A DNA stretch of 64,000 nucleotides from Thermostichales cyanobacterium HHBFW_bins_127 (GTDB taxonomy: Bacteria; Cyanobacteriota; Cyanobacteriia; Thermostichales; Thermostichaceae): NCBI GenBank assembly GCA_039794745.1, contig JAUQVP010000001.1:20710-84709 (forward strand), in the 5' to 3' direction. Of this stretch, positions 37,217 to 47,628 are shown one piece after another (the first letter of the stretch is position 1; each line of letters begins with the position of its first letter). A model generated the notes under the pieces. That model saw only the letters and a list, made by a program, of their open reading frames with translations, did not search any database and was not told the DNA's origin. The translations under genes were made by a program, and so were the position numbers.

Positions 37217-38413
37217 GTGCTACCTTTTTCAACTCCTCCTTTGTTTGTCCTGCGCCGTTTGCTGGGTTCTACTTCCACTCCACTGCTGGGCCCAGTGCTG
37301 GGCTTGTTGATGTGGTTGGTGTGGCTATGTCCCGCTTGGGCAGAAGTGTTGATGCGGGTGGGGGTGGCCATCAATCGCCCCAGTATTACCCTGGGTAGCT
37401 CCACCCCAGCCCGAATTGTGGATCCCCAAGGACGGGTGCTGGCCCAAGTACCGGCCATGACCCCAGTGCGGGCGGTGGTGACGCCGGGGGGGGTGAGAAT
37501 CGGCACAGCCCAGGGATCCCGATTGTTTTTTCAGCCGCTGCAGGCGGATGGGTTTGTGTTTATTGATCGGCTGTGGTACCGGGGGCTGGCGGAGTTGGTG
37601 CCGGGGGAAGGGGGTTTGTTGGGGATTAACCGGGTGGGTCTGGAGGATTATGTTGCCAGTGTGATCGGCAGTGAAATGGGGCATCGTTTTCCCACGGAGT
37701 CCCTGCGGGCCCAGGCGGTGGCCACCCGCAGCTATGCTTTGTTCCATCGTCAGCAACGCCTGAATGCCCCCTACGATCTGGGGGATGACCAGTTCTGGCA
37801 GGTGTACAAGGGGGTGGCAGCGGAGTCCAATCGCACCCAAGCTGCGGCCCGCGACACCCAAGGGCAGGTGCTGATCTACCAAGGGCGGATTATCAATGCC
37901 GTGTTCCATTCCTCCTCCGGCGGCCACACCGACAATTCTGAGGAAGTGTGGGTGGAAGCCCTGCCCTACTTGCGGGGGGTGCCGGACTACGACAACCAAG
38001 CGCCGGTATTTTCCTGGAGCCGGCAGATCACACCGGCAGACCTAGGGGGCTTGGCAGCAGGGCTCGGGCAAATCACCAACATTGAAGTCACCCGCCGCTC
38101 CACCTTCGGCAGGGTCCTGAATGTCAAACTCACAGGCACCGCCGGATCCCGAACGGTGAGTGGGTCGGCATTTCAGGTGGCGTTGCAGTTGCGCAGTCGT
38201 CTTTTTAGTATCAGTCCGGGGCGCAATTTGCAGGCGGCCAATCAGTTGGTGGCAGCGGGGCCTACGTTTGTGATTCAGGGGCGGGGTTTTGGGCATGGGG
38301 TAGGCATGAGCCAGTGGGGGGCGGTGGCCTTGGCCCGGCAAAACTGGAACTATGCCCAGATTTTGGCCCACTACTACCGCGGTGCTACCCTAGCCGTTAT
38401 TACCCCCCAGTGA
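37217..38413 (+). CDS. SpoIID/LytB domain protein (peptidoglycan amidase enhancer/lytic transglycosylase-like)
   Basis: 398 aa. Signal/TM N-terminus. Conserved SpoIID block NRVGLEDYVASVIGSEMG...ESLRAQAVATRSYAL and C-terminal GFGHGVGMSQWGA. Confidence 0.75.
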   Translation: MLPFSTPPLFVLRRLLGSTSTPLLGPVLGLLMWLVWLCPAWAEVLMRVGVAINRPSITLGSSTPARIVDPQGRVLAQVPAMTPVRAVVTPGGVRIGTAQGSRLFFQPLQADGFVFIDRLWYRGLAELVPGEGGLLGINRVGLEDYVASVIGSEMGHRFPTESLRAQAVATRSYALFHRQQRLNAPYDLGDDQFWQVYKGVAAESNRTQAAARDTQGQVLIYQGRIINAVFHSSSGGHTDNSEEVWVEALPYLRGVPDYDNQAPVFSWSRQITPADLGGLAAGLGQITNIEVTRRSTFGRVLNVKLTGTAGSRTVSGSAFQVALQLRSRLFSISPGRNLQAANQLVAAGPTFVIQGRGFGHGVGMSQWGAVALARQNWNYAQILAHYYRGATLAVITPQ

Positions 38414-39008
38414 GGCTCTTTTTGGCCACCCCCGCCAAATAGACACTCACAGCCACCGTTGCCACCAGCCCCAACAGGCGCACTCCCCATTGGGATAACT
38501 CCAGACCTGCCGTTGCCACCTCCCCGGCCAGGGATCCCCAATAGACATACATCACCGTTCCGGGCAGGATCCCCACCATCCCCAGCAGGTGTTCCCAGGG
38601 GGAAAGGGAGGTGAGCCCTAGGGCATAATTGAGCAGATTGAAGGGCAGCAGCGGCGATAGCCGGATCACCCCCACCAACTTCCAGCCCCCCTGGTCAATC
38701 CCTTGCACCAACCCTTGCCAAGCTGGGATCCCGGCCAGCCAGCGGTTGACCCGTTCTCGGGCGAGGTGGCGACCGATCAGGAAAGCCATGTGGGCCCCCA
38801 AAGTAGCCCCGATCAGGACATAGCAACTGCCCCACCCCACCCCATAGACAGCCCCGGCAGCTAGACTGAGCCAGGAGACCGGCAGCAGGGCCACCGTGCC
38901 CAGGGCATAGAGCAGCACAAACAGCACCCCGCCCACCCACCCCAACTGGGCTATGCCATCGATCCCCGCCACCAGCCCTTGGCGCAACTGCTCCCCTAGG
39001 GCGTCCAT
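38400..39008 (-). CDS. DedA/TVP38/TMEM64 family membrane protein
   Basis: 202 aa, 5-6 TM segments. The conserved DedA motif region (AGAVYGVGWGSCYVLIGATLGAHMAFLIGR...R) is present. Confidence 0.65.
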   Translation of the reverse strand: MDALGEQLRQGLVAGIDGIAQLGWVGGVLFVLLYALGTVALLPVSWLSLAAGAVYGVGWGSCYVLIGATLGAHMAFLIGRHLARERVNRWLAGIPAWQGLVQGIDQGGWKLVGVIRLSPLLPFNLLNYALGLTSLSPWEHLLGMVGILPGTVMYVYWGSLAGEVATAGLELSQWGVRLLGLVATVAVSVYLAGVAKKSLTGG

Positions 39009-39673
39009 TCCAGCATGATCCCCACTTGGAAGTCCTTATTGAGGGTCGTGTTTTGCCAGCGATAGCGGGTGGCGAGGCGAAAATCGCGGCTGAGGGCATA
39101 GGCCGTCGTAATACTCAAAGTCGTAGCTGGTTGGGATCCCGTCAGCCAGCGGTAGTCGATGCTGAGATCTGCCGTTTGGGGAGCCAGCACTGCCACTGCC
39201 GTTGCTCCCAGTTCCAAGCCCTGCATCCCCTGCAAACCCGTGGTTGTAATCGAGCGGTAGCCGGCTTGGGGTGCCAGATTGAACCGGGATCCCGGTTGCA
39301 GGACAAAATAGCGCAGGGCCACACTCACCTGTTCCTGCCGTCCCTCCTGCAGATGCCAGCGGTCGTATTCCCCACTGAGACTGAGTTGGGATCCCAAATA
39401 GAGGTCATCAAAGCCCAGGAACCACTGGTCCCGGGCCACATAGCCCAGTTGCAGCCGGGTGGGGCGGGTGGTGAGGGTGCGAATTTCCTCCAGGACATTG
39501 GGGGGATTGGTCAGCCAGCGTTGCAGCACCGGACTTTGTTCCAGCAGTTGGGCATCTAGTTCCAGGGTGGGTTCTGCTGCCCATCCAGGCAGAGGGATCA
39601 CAGAGGCAAGAAGAGCGCCGAGATAGAATCGAAAAGTCATAGGCTGGGGGTGCACTTTCTTTAGCCTAGCCAA
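38996..39673 (-). CDS. secreted hypothetical protein, possibly an outer-membrane beta-barrel
   Basis: 225 aa with a signal peptide (FRFYLGALLASVIPLPGWAAEP). The C-terminal half shows alternating hydrophobic/polar beta-strand-like segments. Weak call. Confidence 0.4.
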   Translation of the reverse strand: MARLKKVHPQPMTFRFYLGALLASVIPLPGWAAEPTLELDAQLLEQSPVLQRWLTNPPNVLEEIRTLTTRPTRLQLGYVARDQWFLGFDDLYLGSQLSLSGEYDRWHLQEGRQEQVSVALRYFVLQPGSRFNLAPQAGYRSITTTGLQGMQGLELGATAVAVLAPQTADLSIDYRWLTGSQPATTLSITTAYALSRDFRLATRYRWQNTTLNKDFQVGIMLEWTP

Positions 39674-39734
39674 AGACTCCCCGATCGGGGGAGGGATATG
39701 TTCAGAGCCAAACCGGCACAGTAGAATAGCAGGA

Positions 39735-40148
39735 ATGCCAGCAGCATTCAGGAATCTTCAAGGGCAGCAGTTACAGGGGGATGCCGTGGAAGAGAATGGG
39801 CAACGGGACATGATCGGCTACCGCAACTACAAACTGGAAAATCAGATGGAGCGGCTGGTCTTTCATTTGATTGAAGACGTCTACATGATGGACACCCAGG
39901 ATCGCTTTTGCAGTTGCGAGCGATTTCAGAAAGATGTGGCTGCCATTGTTCTAAATCAGTTTTACCCCCGCTATGCCACCAGCTTTGAAGGGGCCATCTA
40001 TACCCTCGACAACCTGCAACAGGATCAAGAGCTGCAAGTGCAAATCATCCGGGAAGTGGCCGCCGCCATGGAAATCGTCGCCGCCAAACCCCACTGCCAA
40101 GAACCGGACTGCCCCATCAAAAAACGCCAAGCCCTCCTAGACTCCTAA
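39735..40148 (+). CDS. ComFB-family protein (late competence development ComFB / cyanobacterial nucleotide-second-messenger receptor-like)
   Basis: 137 aa. YRNYKLENQMERLVFHLIEDV..., with the Cys pattern FCSCERF...C..PDC and a DVAAIVLNQFYPRYATS block typical of PF10719 ComFB, recalled from memory. The real start may be an internal Met. Confidence 0.55.
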   Translation: MPAAFRNLQGQQLQGDAVEENGQRDMIGYRNYKLENQMERLVFHLIEDVYMMDTQDRFCSCERFQKDVAAIVLNQFYPRYATSFEGAIYTLDNLQQDQELQVQIIREVAAAMEIVAAKPHCQEPDCPIKKRQALLDS

Positions 40149-40207
40149 AGGCTTGTAACGGATTCTCAGAAAACCAGAGGATATGTTACCCTCTGTAAAG
40201 TTGCTTA

Positions 40208-40930
40208 ATGTTTGCTTTGTCTCTTTCTTCCTGGTCCGGGTCGCCGTGGCCGCCACTGACAGAAATATGGGGTCGTCTGGCCTGGCGAGGGCGCTGGCAG
40301 GTGCTGCTCCTATCCGCCTGTGCCGTAGGGATCCCGGTGTTTATTCAGGCGCCCTTGGTGCGCTCGGCCCCCTGGGTGAGTTTGGTCTGGACTTTGGTGT
40401 GGCTGGGGTTGGGCTGTCATTGGCTCACCTGTCCCCGCCTGCGCTTGCGGGGAGAATTGCTCTATGGCTTTGCCCTCACTTGGCTGACGGGATCCCTGTA
40501 CTGGGGTTGGTTGCGCTGGGAACCGGCTTGGCATCTGCCTGTGGAAGCTTTGGCCCTGCCTTTGGCCCTGTGGGGGCTGTGGCGGGGCTGGGCCCCAATT
40601 GGGCAAGCCTTCTACTTGGGATCCCTGACGGGCACGGTGATCACGGATCTGTACGTATGGTTGGTGGATTTGACCCCCGTGTGGCGGGCAGTGATGGCTC
40701 CCGAGGCCGGTGAGTCCATGTTGATTGCCCAGTGGTTGCCGGTGATCCTCGGTCAAATCCAGTCCCTATCCGGGATCCTCTGGGGGATTGAGCTGGCCCT
40801 GGTTTTACTGATTGCCGGCCTCTGGGGCCTGTACCAGGGATCTTTGCCCGCCTATGCCTGGAGTGGAGCCGTCTTAAGTACCCTATTGGTGGACGGTTTA
40901 TTTTTATTGAGTTGTTGTTTAGGGGTTTAA
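40208..40930 (+). CDS. Trp-rich multi-pass membrane protein, hypothetical
   Basis: 240 aa, about 6-7 TM. Unusually rich in Trp/Leu (WLGLGCHWLTCPRL, LYWGWLRWEPAWHL). No family assigned; start uncertain. Confidence 0.4.
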   Translation: MFALSLSSWSGSPWPPLTEIWGRLAWRGRWQVLLLSACAVGIPVFIQAPLVRSAPWVSLVWTLVWLGLGCHWLTCPRLRLRGELLYGFALTWLTGSLYWGWLRWEPAWHLPVEALALPLALWGLWRGWAPIGQAFYLGSLTGTVITDLYVWLVDLTPVWRAVMAPEAGESMLIAQWLPVILGQIQSLSGILWGIELALVLLIAGLWGLYQGSLPAYAWSGAVLSTLLVDGLFLLSCCLGV

Positions 40931-41499
40931 GTTGTGCCCAGGGATTCTAGCTCGATGAGCTTAGCCAGCACCTCCTCACTGTGGCGACTGGGGGAGACAA
41001 TCGGGAAAATTGCCCGCAGCACCCCATCCGGATCGATCAAAAACGTATTGCGCAGCGCCATATCCCCCAGCCAGGAGCCATAGCGGCGGCTCACCTCCCC
41101 TTGGGGATCCGCCAGCAGGGTAAAACCCAACTTCTCCGTATCACAAAAGCGGCGATGGCTAGCCACACTATCAGCACTGACCCCGACAATTTCCGCCCCA
41201 TGAGCCCGGTAGCGGTCCAAATCCGCCTGAAACCGCCGCGCCTCAAGGGTACAGCCAGAGGTAAAATCCTTCGGGTAAAAATACAAAACCACCCACTGCC
41301 CGCGAAACTCCTCCAAACTGCGGAGCATCCCATTTTGGTCCGCCAACTGAAACCCCGGCGCCGGGGATCCCACCACGGGCAGATCCGTCGTCCCCCACTG
41401 GGCAGAGACCGGGGCAGCCCCCAGGCCCAGCAGCAACCCCAACAGCACGACCCACTTGACGATCCAGGTATTCCAGTCCTTTCCAGCTAGCATAGGCAA
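40927..41499 (-). CDS. thioredoxin-dependent peroxiredoxin (Bcp/PrxQ type) with N-terminal signal/anchor
   Basis: 190 aa. AhpC/TSA motif VVLYFYPKDFTSGCTLEARRF with peroxidatic Cys. The hydrophobic N-terminus suggests a lumenal or periplasmic location. Confidence 0.8.
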   Translation of the reverse strand: MPMLAGKDWNTWIVKWVVLLGLLLGLGAAPVSAQWGTTDLPVVGSPAPGFQLADQNGMLRSLEEFRGQWVVLYFYPKDFTSGCTLEARRFQADLDRYRAHGAEIVGVSADSVASHRRFCDTEKLGFTLLADPQGEVSRRYGSWLGDMALRNTFLIDPDGVLRAIFPIVSPSRHSEEVLAKLIELESLGTT

Positions 41500-41517
41500 C
41501 TCCTCACTAGGGCGATT

Positions 41518-42465
41518 CTAGACCAATTCCCTCAGCCCCTGCTCCCCGGCATAGCGACTGTAGGCATACAGAACCCCCAACGTCAGCCCCGTCACCAAAA
41601 ACCCCAAAGCAGCCCCAAAGGGATAGTCAATGCTAGCGCCAAACTGCTGCTGAATCGCATTGCCAATCAGAATACTCTTACTTCCCCCCAACAAATCCGG
41701 CACCACAAACATGCCAAACGCCGGGATCCCCACCAGGATCAGTCCTGAGGCCAGCCCCGGCAGCGTTTGCGGCAGCAGCACCCGCCAGAACACCTGCCAG
41801 CGATTGGCATAGAGATCCTGCGCCGCCTCGATCAAGGTCCAATCAATCCGTTCCACCGCCGTATAGAGGGGCAGCACCATATAGGGCAAAAACGTATAGA
41901 CCATCCCCAGATACACCGCCAAATCACTGGGGTAGAGGGCCGTTTGTTCCGGATTGAAGCCCAAGCGAGCGGCAATCCAGGCCGGCCAGGCATTAGGTCC
42001 CAGGATCAGCATCCAGGCATAGGTGCGGATCACCAAATTGGTCCAAAAAGGAATCACCACCAGGGTCAGCAGGGTATTGCGTCCCCGTTCCTCGTGGGCA
42101 GCGATAAAAAACGCCAAAGGGTAAGCCAGCAGCGTACAGCAAGCCGTTGTCCCCACCGCCATCACCGTACTGCGCCAAAAAATCTGCCAATAGACCCCCG
42201 ACCAGCCCAAAGGGCCATAGCCGAGGATGCGCAGGTAATTGTCCAAGGTAAGGGGCAACTGGGCCTGCCCAAAAGGGCCGCGGCTGAGAAAGCTATAGAA
42301 CAGCAAAATCAACCCCGGCAACACCAAAAAGACGATGATCCACAGCACCCCCGGCCCGGCAAACAGCAGACTGCGTTGCAGTTCCTTCCAGGGGGTGAGG
42401 ATTTCACCGTAGCGCACCTGACGTGCCATCCCCTCTCCCTCCCTCCCTGTGCATGATCCTGTCAT
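41518..42465 (-). CDS. ABC transporter permease (binding-protein-dependent inner-membrane component, PotB/ModB-like)
   Basis: About 303-315 aa, 6 TM. Contains an EAA-type loop ([21 protein letters not shown]). Confidence 0.7.
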   Translation of the reverse strand: MTGSCTGREGEGMARQVRYGEILTPWKELQRSLLFAGPGVLWIIVFLVLPGLILLFYSFLSRGPFGQAQLPLTLDNYLRILGYGPLGWSGVYWQIFWRSTVMAVGTTACCTLLAYPLAFFIAAHEERGRNTLLTLVVIPFWTNLVIRTYAWMLILGPNAWPAWIAARLGFNPEQTALYPSDLAVYLGMVYTFLPYMVLPLYTAVERIDWTLIEAAQDLYANRWQVFWRVLLPQTLPGLASGLILVGIPAFGMFVVPDLLGGSKSILIGNAIQQQFGASIDYPFGAALGFLVTGLTLGVLYAYSRYAGEQGLRELV

Positions 42466-42510
42466 AGCAGGATTTATGCTAAAAGGTGCTTACTGCCCTG
42501 GAGAGCGGAC

Positions 42511-44316
42511 GTGATGCGCCTTAGTCAGATGCTGTTTGTGACCCTGCGGGAAACCCCTGCAGAAGCGGAACTCCTCAGTCACCAACTGTTGCTGCGGGCC
42601 GGTTTGATCCGCCGTTTGTCCCCGGGGGTGTACAGTTATTTGCCGTGGTTGTGGCGGGTTTTGACCAAGATTGCCAACATTGTCCGGGAGGAAATGAACG
42701 CCATTGGCGGGCAGGAGTGTTTATTTCCCCAATTGCAACCGGCAGAAATCTGGCAGGAATCCGGGCGTTGGGACACCTACACCCAAGCGGAAGGGATCAT
42801 GTTTGCCCTCAAAGATCGCCAGGGACGGGAGCAAGGGCTAGGCCCCACCCACGAGGAGGTGGTTACGGTTTTGGCCCGGGATTTAATTCGCTCCTACCGA
42901 CAACTACCCCAGACCATTTATCAGATTCAGACCAAGTTTCGCGACGAAATTCGCCCGCGTTTTGGCTTGATGCGGGGGCGAGAATTCATCATGAAAGATG
43001 CCTATTCCTTTGGCCCCAGCCTAGAAAGTCTCCAGGCTACCTATCAGGATATGTACCGGGCTTACTGCCGGATCTTGACCCGCTGCGGTTTGCAGTTTCG
43101 GGTGGTGGATGCAGATGCCGGTGCCATCGGTGGCCCCAGTGCCGCTTCCCAAGAGTTCATGGTACTTGCCGAAGCGGGGGAAGACGAAATCCTCTATACC
43201 CCCGACGGACACTACGCCGCCAACGTGGAAAAAGCCGTCTCCCTCCCCCCTGATCCGGCGGTTTCTCCCTACGACCACTTCCAAATCCTAGAAACCCCCG
43301 GCACCGAAACCATCGAAAAAATGGTGGACTTTCTCCAGGCTCCCGCCTCCACCATGGTGAAAAATATCCTCTACCAAGCCCTTTTCGACAATGGCACCCA
43401 GGTGGTTGTCTTGGTCAGTATCCGAGCCGACCAAAATGTCAACCTCGTTAAACTCTCCAACCTCCTCAGCCAACGCGCCAATACCTATGGAGCCAGCAAA
43501 GTCCTCAAACTCACCCTCGCCGACAGCAGCACCTGGAACGGGGATCCCGTACCCATGGGTTATATTGCTCCCGATTTGCCCGATAGCTGTTTGGGATCCC
43601 GGCCGAACTTGCATCCTCAGATTTTGCGTCTAGCGGATCAGACGGCGGCGAGTTTGCAGAACTTTATTACCGGCAGTAATCAGCCAGATCGCCATGTGGG
43701 GGGAGCCAATTGGGGGGTGAACTATCCTTTGCCGGAGGTGGTGGATGTGCGGACAGCGATGGCTGGGGATCGGGCTGTGCATGATCCCGGCCAGATTTTA
43801 CAGACGGCCCGGGGGATTGAAATTGGGCATATTTTCCAGTTGGGGCTGAAGTTTTCGGTGCCGATGCGGGCGACTTTTATGGATGAAGATGGGCAGGAAA
43901 AACCCCTCTACATGGGCTGCTATGGGATTGGGGTTTCCCGTCTGGCCCAGGCAGCCATCGAACAGTCCCACGACAGCGATGGCATTATTTGGCCGGTGAG
44001 CATTGCCCCCTACCACTGTCTTGTGGTGATCCCGAATATCCACGATGCCCAGCAGTTACAGGTGGGGCTGGAATTGGCCCAGGCCCTCAATGCCGCCGGG
44101 GTGGAAACCGTGGTCGATGACCGAGATGAACGGGCGGGGGTCAAGTTCAAAGACGCCGACCTAGTCGGGATCCCGTTTCGGGTGACAACGGGGCGGAGTT
44201 TGAAGGAAGGGAAGGTGGAGGTGACCAAGCGGGCGGATAAGTCCAGCCAGGAGGTGGCGGTGGCTGAGGTGGTGGGGGTGCTGCAGGGGTGGGTCAAGGC
44301 TGCTCTGGCAACTTGA
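42511..44316 (+). CDS. proS: proline--tRNA ligase (bacterial type with INS editing domain)
   Basis: 601 aa. N-terminus [35 protein letters not shown] is a classic ProRS start. Class II motifs [17 protein letters not shown] and GCYGIGVSR. Anticodon-binding C-terminus. Confidence 0.9.
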   Translation: MMRLSQMLFVTLRETPAEAELLSHQLLLRAGLIRRLSPGVYSYLPWLWRVLTKIANIVREEMNAIGGQECLFPQLQPAEIWQESGRWDTYTQAEGIMFALKDRQGREQGLGPTHEEVVTVLARDLIRSYRQLPQTIYQIQTKFRDEIRPRFGLMRGREFIMKDAYSFGPSLESLQATYQDMYRAYCRILTRCGLQFRVVDADAGAIGGPSAASQEFMVLAEAGEDEILYTPDGHYAANVEKAVSLPPDPAVSPYDHFQILETPGTETIEKMVDFLQAPASTMVKNILYQALFDNGTQVVVLVSIRADQNVNLVKLSNLLSQRANTYGASKVLKLTLADSSTWNGDPVPMGYIAPDLPDSCLGSRPNLHPQILRLADQTAASLQNFITGSNQPDRHVGGANWGVNYPLPEVVDVRTAMAGDRAVHDPGQILQTARGIEIGHIFQLGLKFSVPMRATFMDEDGQEKPLYMGCYGIGVSRLAQAAIEQSHDSDGIIWPVSIAPYHCLVVIPNIHDAQQLQVGLELAQALNAAGVETVVDDRDERAGVKFKDADLVGIPFRVTTGRSLKEGKVEVTKRADKSSQEVAVAEVVGVLQGWVKAALAT

Positions 44317-44458
44317 AAAATCAGATCCCTGACCAATCAACCTCCAGTGGGGGCAGAAGTGACACCGGCGCTGTAGCTATTAAATAATGCTAAATAATAT
44401 GGTCAACAGCGTAACTGCCCTAACCCCAGGAGCTAGGAAGGCCAGGGCAGTTTGAGAA

Positions 44459-46183
44459 TCACAAAGGCAGAGAAGCTTGCTGGTGACCAGCCAAGGTCGT
44501 GGCAGCTTGATGGGTGGAGAGAAAAATCTGCCCCGGATGCAGCTTCTTCTCAATGCCAATCTTGCTCAACCGATCCATAACCGGCCCTTTAACCTCTGCT
44601 AAATGTAAGGTAACGCCGGCATCCCGTAACTTGCTAATCAAGTCCAGTAAGGATTCTAAAGCACTGCCATCAATGGCATTGACCGCACTACAAATCAACA
44701 CTAGATGCTGCACCTGCGGGCGCTCAGCCACCCATGACAGTAACCGTGTCTCTAAATAGGCAGCATTGGCAAAGTAAAGACTCTCATCCACCCGCACCAA
44801 CAAAACCTGATCATTGGTGAGCACCTGGTGTCGTTGAATGTTGCGGTAGTGCTCGGTGCCCGGTACTTGCCCGACAATGGCCAGATGCGGACGACTGGTG
44901 CGCCACAAGTAAACCCCAATCCCCCCTAAAGCCCCAAGGGCAATGCCCGGCTCCACCCCCACCAGCAAAACCCCAGCAAAGGTCAATAGCCATACCCCAG
45001 CCTCCGCCGGATCATAGTGCCAACTGTGCTGCAAAGGACGAAAATCCGCCAGCTTAAAGACGGCAACCATCACCGTGGCAGCTAGGGTGGTCTGGGGCAA
45101 ATCCGTAAATAATGGGGTCAAGACTAAAACTGTTAAAGCCAAAAGAGCCGCGGTAATCAAAGACGCTAACCCTGTGTTAGCCCCAGCCTGAAAATTAACC
45201 ACCGAACGGCTAATCCCCCCAGTCACCGGCATCCCCCCGGTCAAGGCAGCTGCCACATTCGCAGCCCCCAAGCCCACCAAATCCTGATCCGGATCCACTT
45301 TCTGCCGCCGCTTGCTGGCCAAACTCTGCCCCATGGCATAACTCTCGGTAAAACCCACCAAACTAATGGCAATTGCCGGCGGCATCAGGGATCCCCAAGG
45401 CTGATCCCGAATCACATCCAGGGTGAGAGGAGGTAACCCCTGGGGAACAACCCCTACCACCGCCACCCGATCCGACCATCCCAGTAAACTCACCACAAGG
45501 GTAGTCACCAAAATGGCCGCCAAAGGCGCTGCCTTGGTCACCGGCAAAATCCATGGCTTCGGGATCCCGAGGCGGGTGAGGTGGGATCCCAGTCCCATTT
45601 GTCCGTAGAGGAGGATGGTGATGGCGAGCAGGCCGATGGCGAGGGTGAGGAAATTGACCTGATCGAGGCTGTTCCAGAGATCGGCAAGCAGGCGGGGGAA
45701 GGATTCGCTGGTGGGGATTTTCACCCCCAGGAGGTGTTTCATCTGTCCGAAGCCGATGATCAGGGCGGAGGCACTGGTGAAGGCTGAGATCACCGCATGG
45801 CTGAGGAAATGCACCACAAAGCCCAAGCGCAATAGCCCCATCAGGGCTTGGATGATGCCGATGAGCAGGGACAAGCCCAGGGTGAGATGGACAAACTCAG
45901 GGCTATTGGGGGCAGCCAAAGGCTCCAACCCCGCCAGAACCATCAAGGCCACAATGGCCACCGGCCCCACCGAGAGCACCGGGCTCGACCCCAGCAGAGC
46001 ATAGGTGGCCAAAGGCACAATACTGGCATACAGCCCCACCTGAGCCGGTAGCCCCGCCAATTGGGCATAGGCCATGCTCTGGGGAACCAGCATAATCCCC
46101 GACACCAAACCGGCAATCACATCCCCAGCTAGGTGCTCCCGCCGATAGGACCGTAACCAAGCAGGCAACAGCCGCTGGATCAT
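44459..46183 (-). CDS. SulP-family inorganic anion transporter with C-terminal STAS domain
   Basis: About 574 aa from MIQRLLPAWL (the ORF is open to 46294). Sulfate-transporter N-terminal motif DVIAGLVSGIMLVPQSMAYAQLAGLP. Many TM segments. A C-terminal STAS domain (LVLICSAVNAIDGSALESLLDL). Confidence 0.8.
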   Translation of the reverse strand: MIQRLLPAWLRSYRREHLAGDVIAGLVSGIMLVPQSMAYAQLAGLPAQVGLYASIVPLATYALLGSSPVLSVGPVAIVALMVLAGLEPLAAPNSPEFVHLTLGLSLLIGIIQALMGLLRLGFVVHFLSHAVISAFTSASALIIGFGQMKHLLGVKIPTSESFPRLLADLWNSLDQVNFLTLAIGLLAITILLYGQMGLGSHLTRLGIPKPWILPVTKAAPLAAILVTTLVVSLLGWSDRVAVVGVVPQGLPPLTLDVIRDQPWGSLMPPAIAISLVGFTESYAMGQSLASKRRQKVDPDQDLVGLGAANVAAALTGGMPVTGGISRSVVNFQAGANTGLASLITAALLALTVLVLTPLFTDLPQTTLAATVMVAVFKLADFRPLQHSWHYDPAEAGVWLLTFAGVLLVGVEPGIALGALGGIGVYLWRTSRPHLAIVGQVPGTEHYRNIQRHQVLTNDQVLLVRVDESLYFANAAYLETRLLSWVAERPQVQHLVLICSAVNAIDGSALESLLDLISKLRDAGVTLHLAEVKGPVMDRLSKIGIEKKLHPGQIFLSTHQAATTLAGHQQASLPL

Positions 46184-46761
46184 ACCTGACCCCGGTTCCA
46201 AGGCATGCGAGCCAGAAGCAGAGCTAAACCACAGGTATTGGTGACCCCGGCAAACACTAGCCCAGAGCCAACAAACCCGCTCAACAACAACCACCAGGGA
46301 CTGACAAACGCCCCCAACACTGTCCCTACCACCACCAAAGATCCCGCCGTGATCTGCACCTGGCGCATGATAGAGATGGGAGCATTGGCGGTTTTGGTGA
46401 CGGGCAGACGCTGCCGCTTCCAGTTTTCAATCCCCCCTTGCAGATTGATGACCTCATTCCAGCCTTGGTCAAGCAACTGACAACTGGCGCGAATGGAACG
46501 GCTACCCATCTTGCACTGCAACACGACCGGCCGCTCCGCAGTAGAACGAGGCACTTGCTGCGGGTCAAACTTGGATAAGGGCATATTAATCGCCCCTGGG
46601 ATCCGCTCTTCTGCAAATTCAGCCGGCTCCCGCACGTCAATCAATGTCACTCGCCCCTGATCCAACCACTGCTTCAAAGTCAGAGGGTCAATCTCCTGAA
46701 TCCGGGGATCCCGCACTGAGGGCGTTGTTGCCTGGGTTGTAGTCATCGATGTTCTCCACAA
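46180..46761 (-). CDS. YgaP-like membrane sulfurtransferase: rhodanese domain fused to C-terminal DUF2892 2-TM domain
   Basis: 193 aa. Rhodanese active-site loop VLQCKMGSRS (CxxGxR), followed by the DUF2892-type hydrophobic tail ITAGSLVVVGTVLGAFVSPWWLLLSGFVGSGLVFAGVTNTCG. Confidence 0.6.
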   Translation of the reverse strand: MWRTSMTTTQATTPSVRDPRIQEIDPLTLKQWLDQGRVTLIDVREPAEFAEERIPGAINMPLSKFDPQQVPRSTAERPVVLQCKMGSRSIRASCQLLDQGWNEVINLQGGIENWKRQRLPVTKTANAPISIMRQVQITAGSLVVVGTVLGAFVSPWWLLLSGFVGSGLVFAGVTNTCGLALLLARMPWNRGQV

Positions 46762-46804
46762 GTTTCAAGTTTTTTACGGGTTTAACTGAATCTGCTGCTG
46801 GTGC

Positions 46805-47521
46805 CTAGGAAGCGGCTAGGACCTGACCACACCGCTCGTTGGCCGGCACTGCCTCTTGGATCTTTTTGGGATTGGGCAGATTGAGGCTGTTCATCAAAGC
46901 GATGAAACTCTCCCGAGAACGCAATTGCCCAGTTTCGGGATCCACAAAGCGAGGATTAAAGCGCTTTTCTTCCCCAATCGTGGACACCGTCCGCCCCTTG
47001 TAATCATGCCCCGGATAGACTAAGGTGTCCTCCGGTAAGGTAAACAAATGCTGGGTGACATGGTCATACATCAAACCGGGATCCCCGCTTTGGAAATCCG
47101 TCCGCCCACAGCCGCGAATCAACAGGGCATCCCCCGTCAAAACCCGGTCCCCATTCACCCGATAGGTCATGTGGCTATCCGTGTGCCCGAGGGTGGCAAT
47201 TGCCTCAATGGTAATCCCGCCCACCTGCAGGGTTTCCCCATGGGCAATAAAGCGATCCGCACACTGGGCCTTAGCCTGTACCGGCACAATCCCTTGGCAG
47301 CCCGTCAGCTCCCGCAACTTGCCTGTGCCCGTAATGTGGTCCGCATGGACATGGGTTTCCAAACAAGCCACCAACCGCAACCCCAACTCCCGTACCAAGG
47401 TCAAGTCCCGATCCACCTGCTCCAACACCGGATCGACCAACACCGCTTCCCCCGTCTCCCTATCCCCAATCAAATAGGTATAGGTCCCCGTCTCTTGGTC
47501 AAACAACTGGCGAAAAAGCAT
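46805..47521 (-). CDS. MBL-fold persulfide dioxygenase (ETHE1-like)
   Basis: Start MLFRQLFDQETGTYTYL (the ORF is open to 47548). Metal-binding HxHxDH motif ETHVHADHITG. ETHE1-type motifs GHTDSHMTY and DALLIRGCGRTDFQ. Confidence 0.7.
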   Translation of the reverse strand: MLFRQLFDQETGTYTYLIGDRETGEAVLVDPVLEQVDRDLTLVRELGLRLVACLETHVHADHITGTGKLRELTGCQGIVPVQAKAQCADRFIAHGETLQVGGITIEAIATLGHTDSHMTYRVNGDRVLTGDALLIRGCGRTDFQSGDPGLMYDHVTQHLFTLPEDTLVYPGHDYKGRTVSTIGEEKRFNPRFVDPETGQLRSRESFIALMNSLNLPNPKKIQEAVPANERCGQVLAAS

Positions 47522-47546
47522 CGCTAGACCCCCAAAAGTATCTTTC

Positions 47547-47570
47547 ATAACTATAACACCATCTAGTTAT
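47547..47570. promoter_or_regulatory. inverted repeat ATAACTA-N10-TAGTTAT in the divergent spacer between persulfide dioxygenase and ArsR genes (candidate ArsR-family operator)
   Basis: Read directly in the AT-rich 100-bp divergent spacer at 47522-47628. Confidence 0.4.
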
Positions 47571-47628
47571 AAAAAAGTCAAGCCCCGGCTTGAGAGATTT
47601 CTCTATGACTATTTAGTGATATTGAGTT

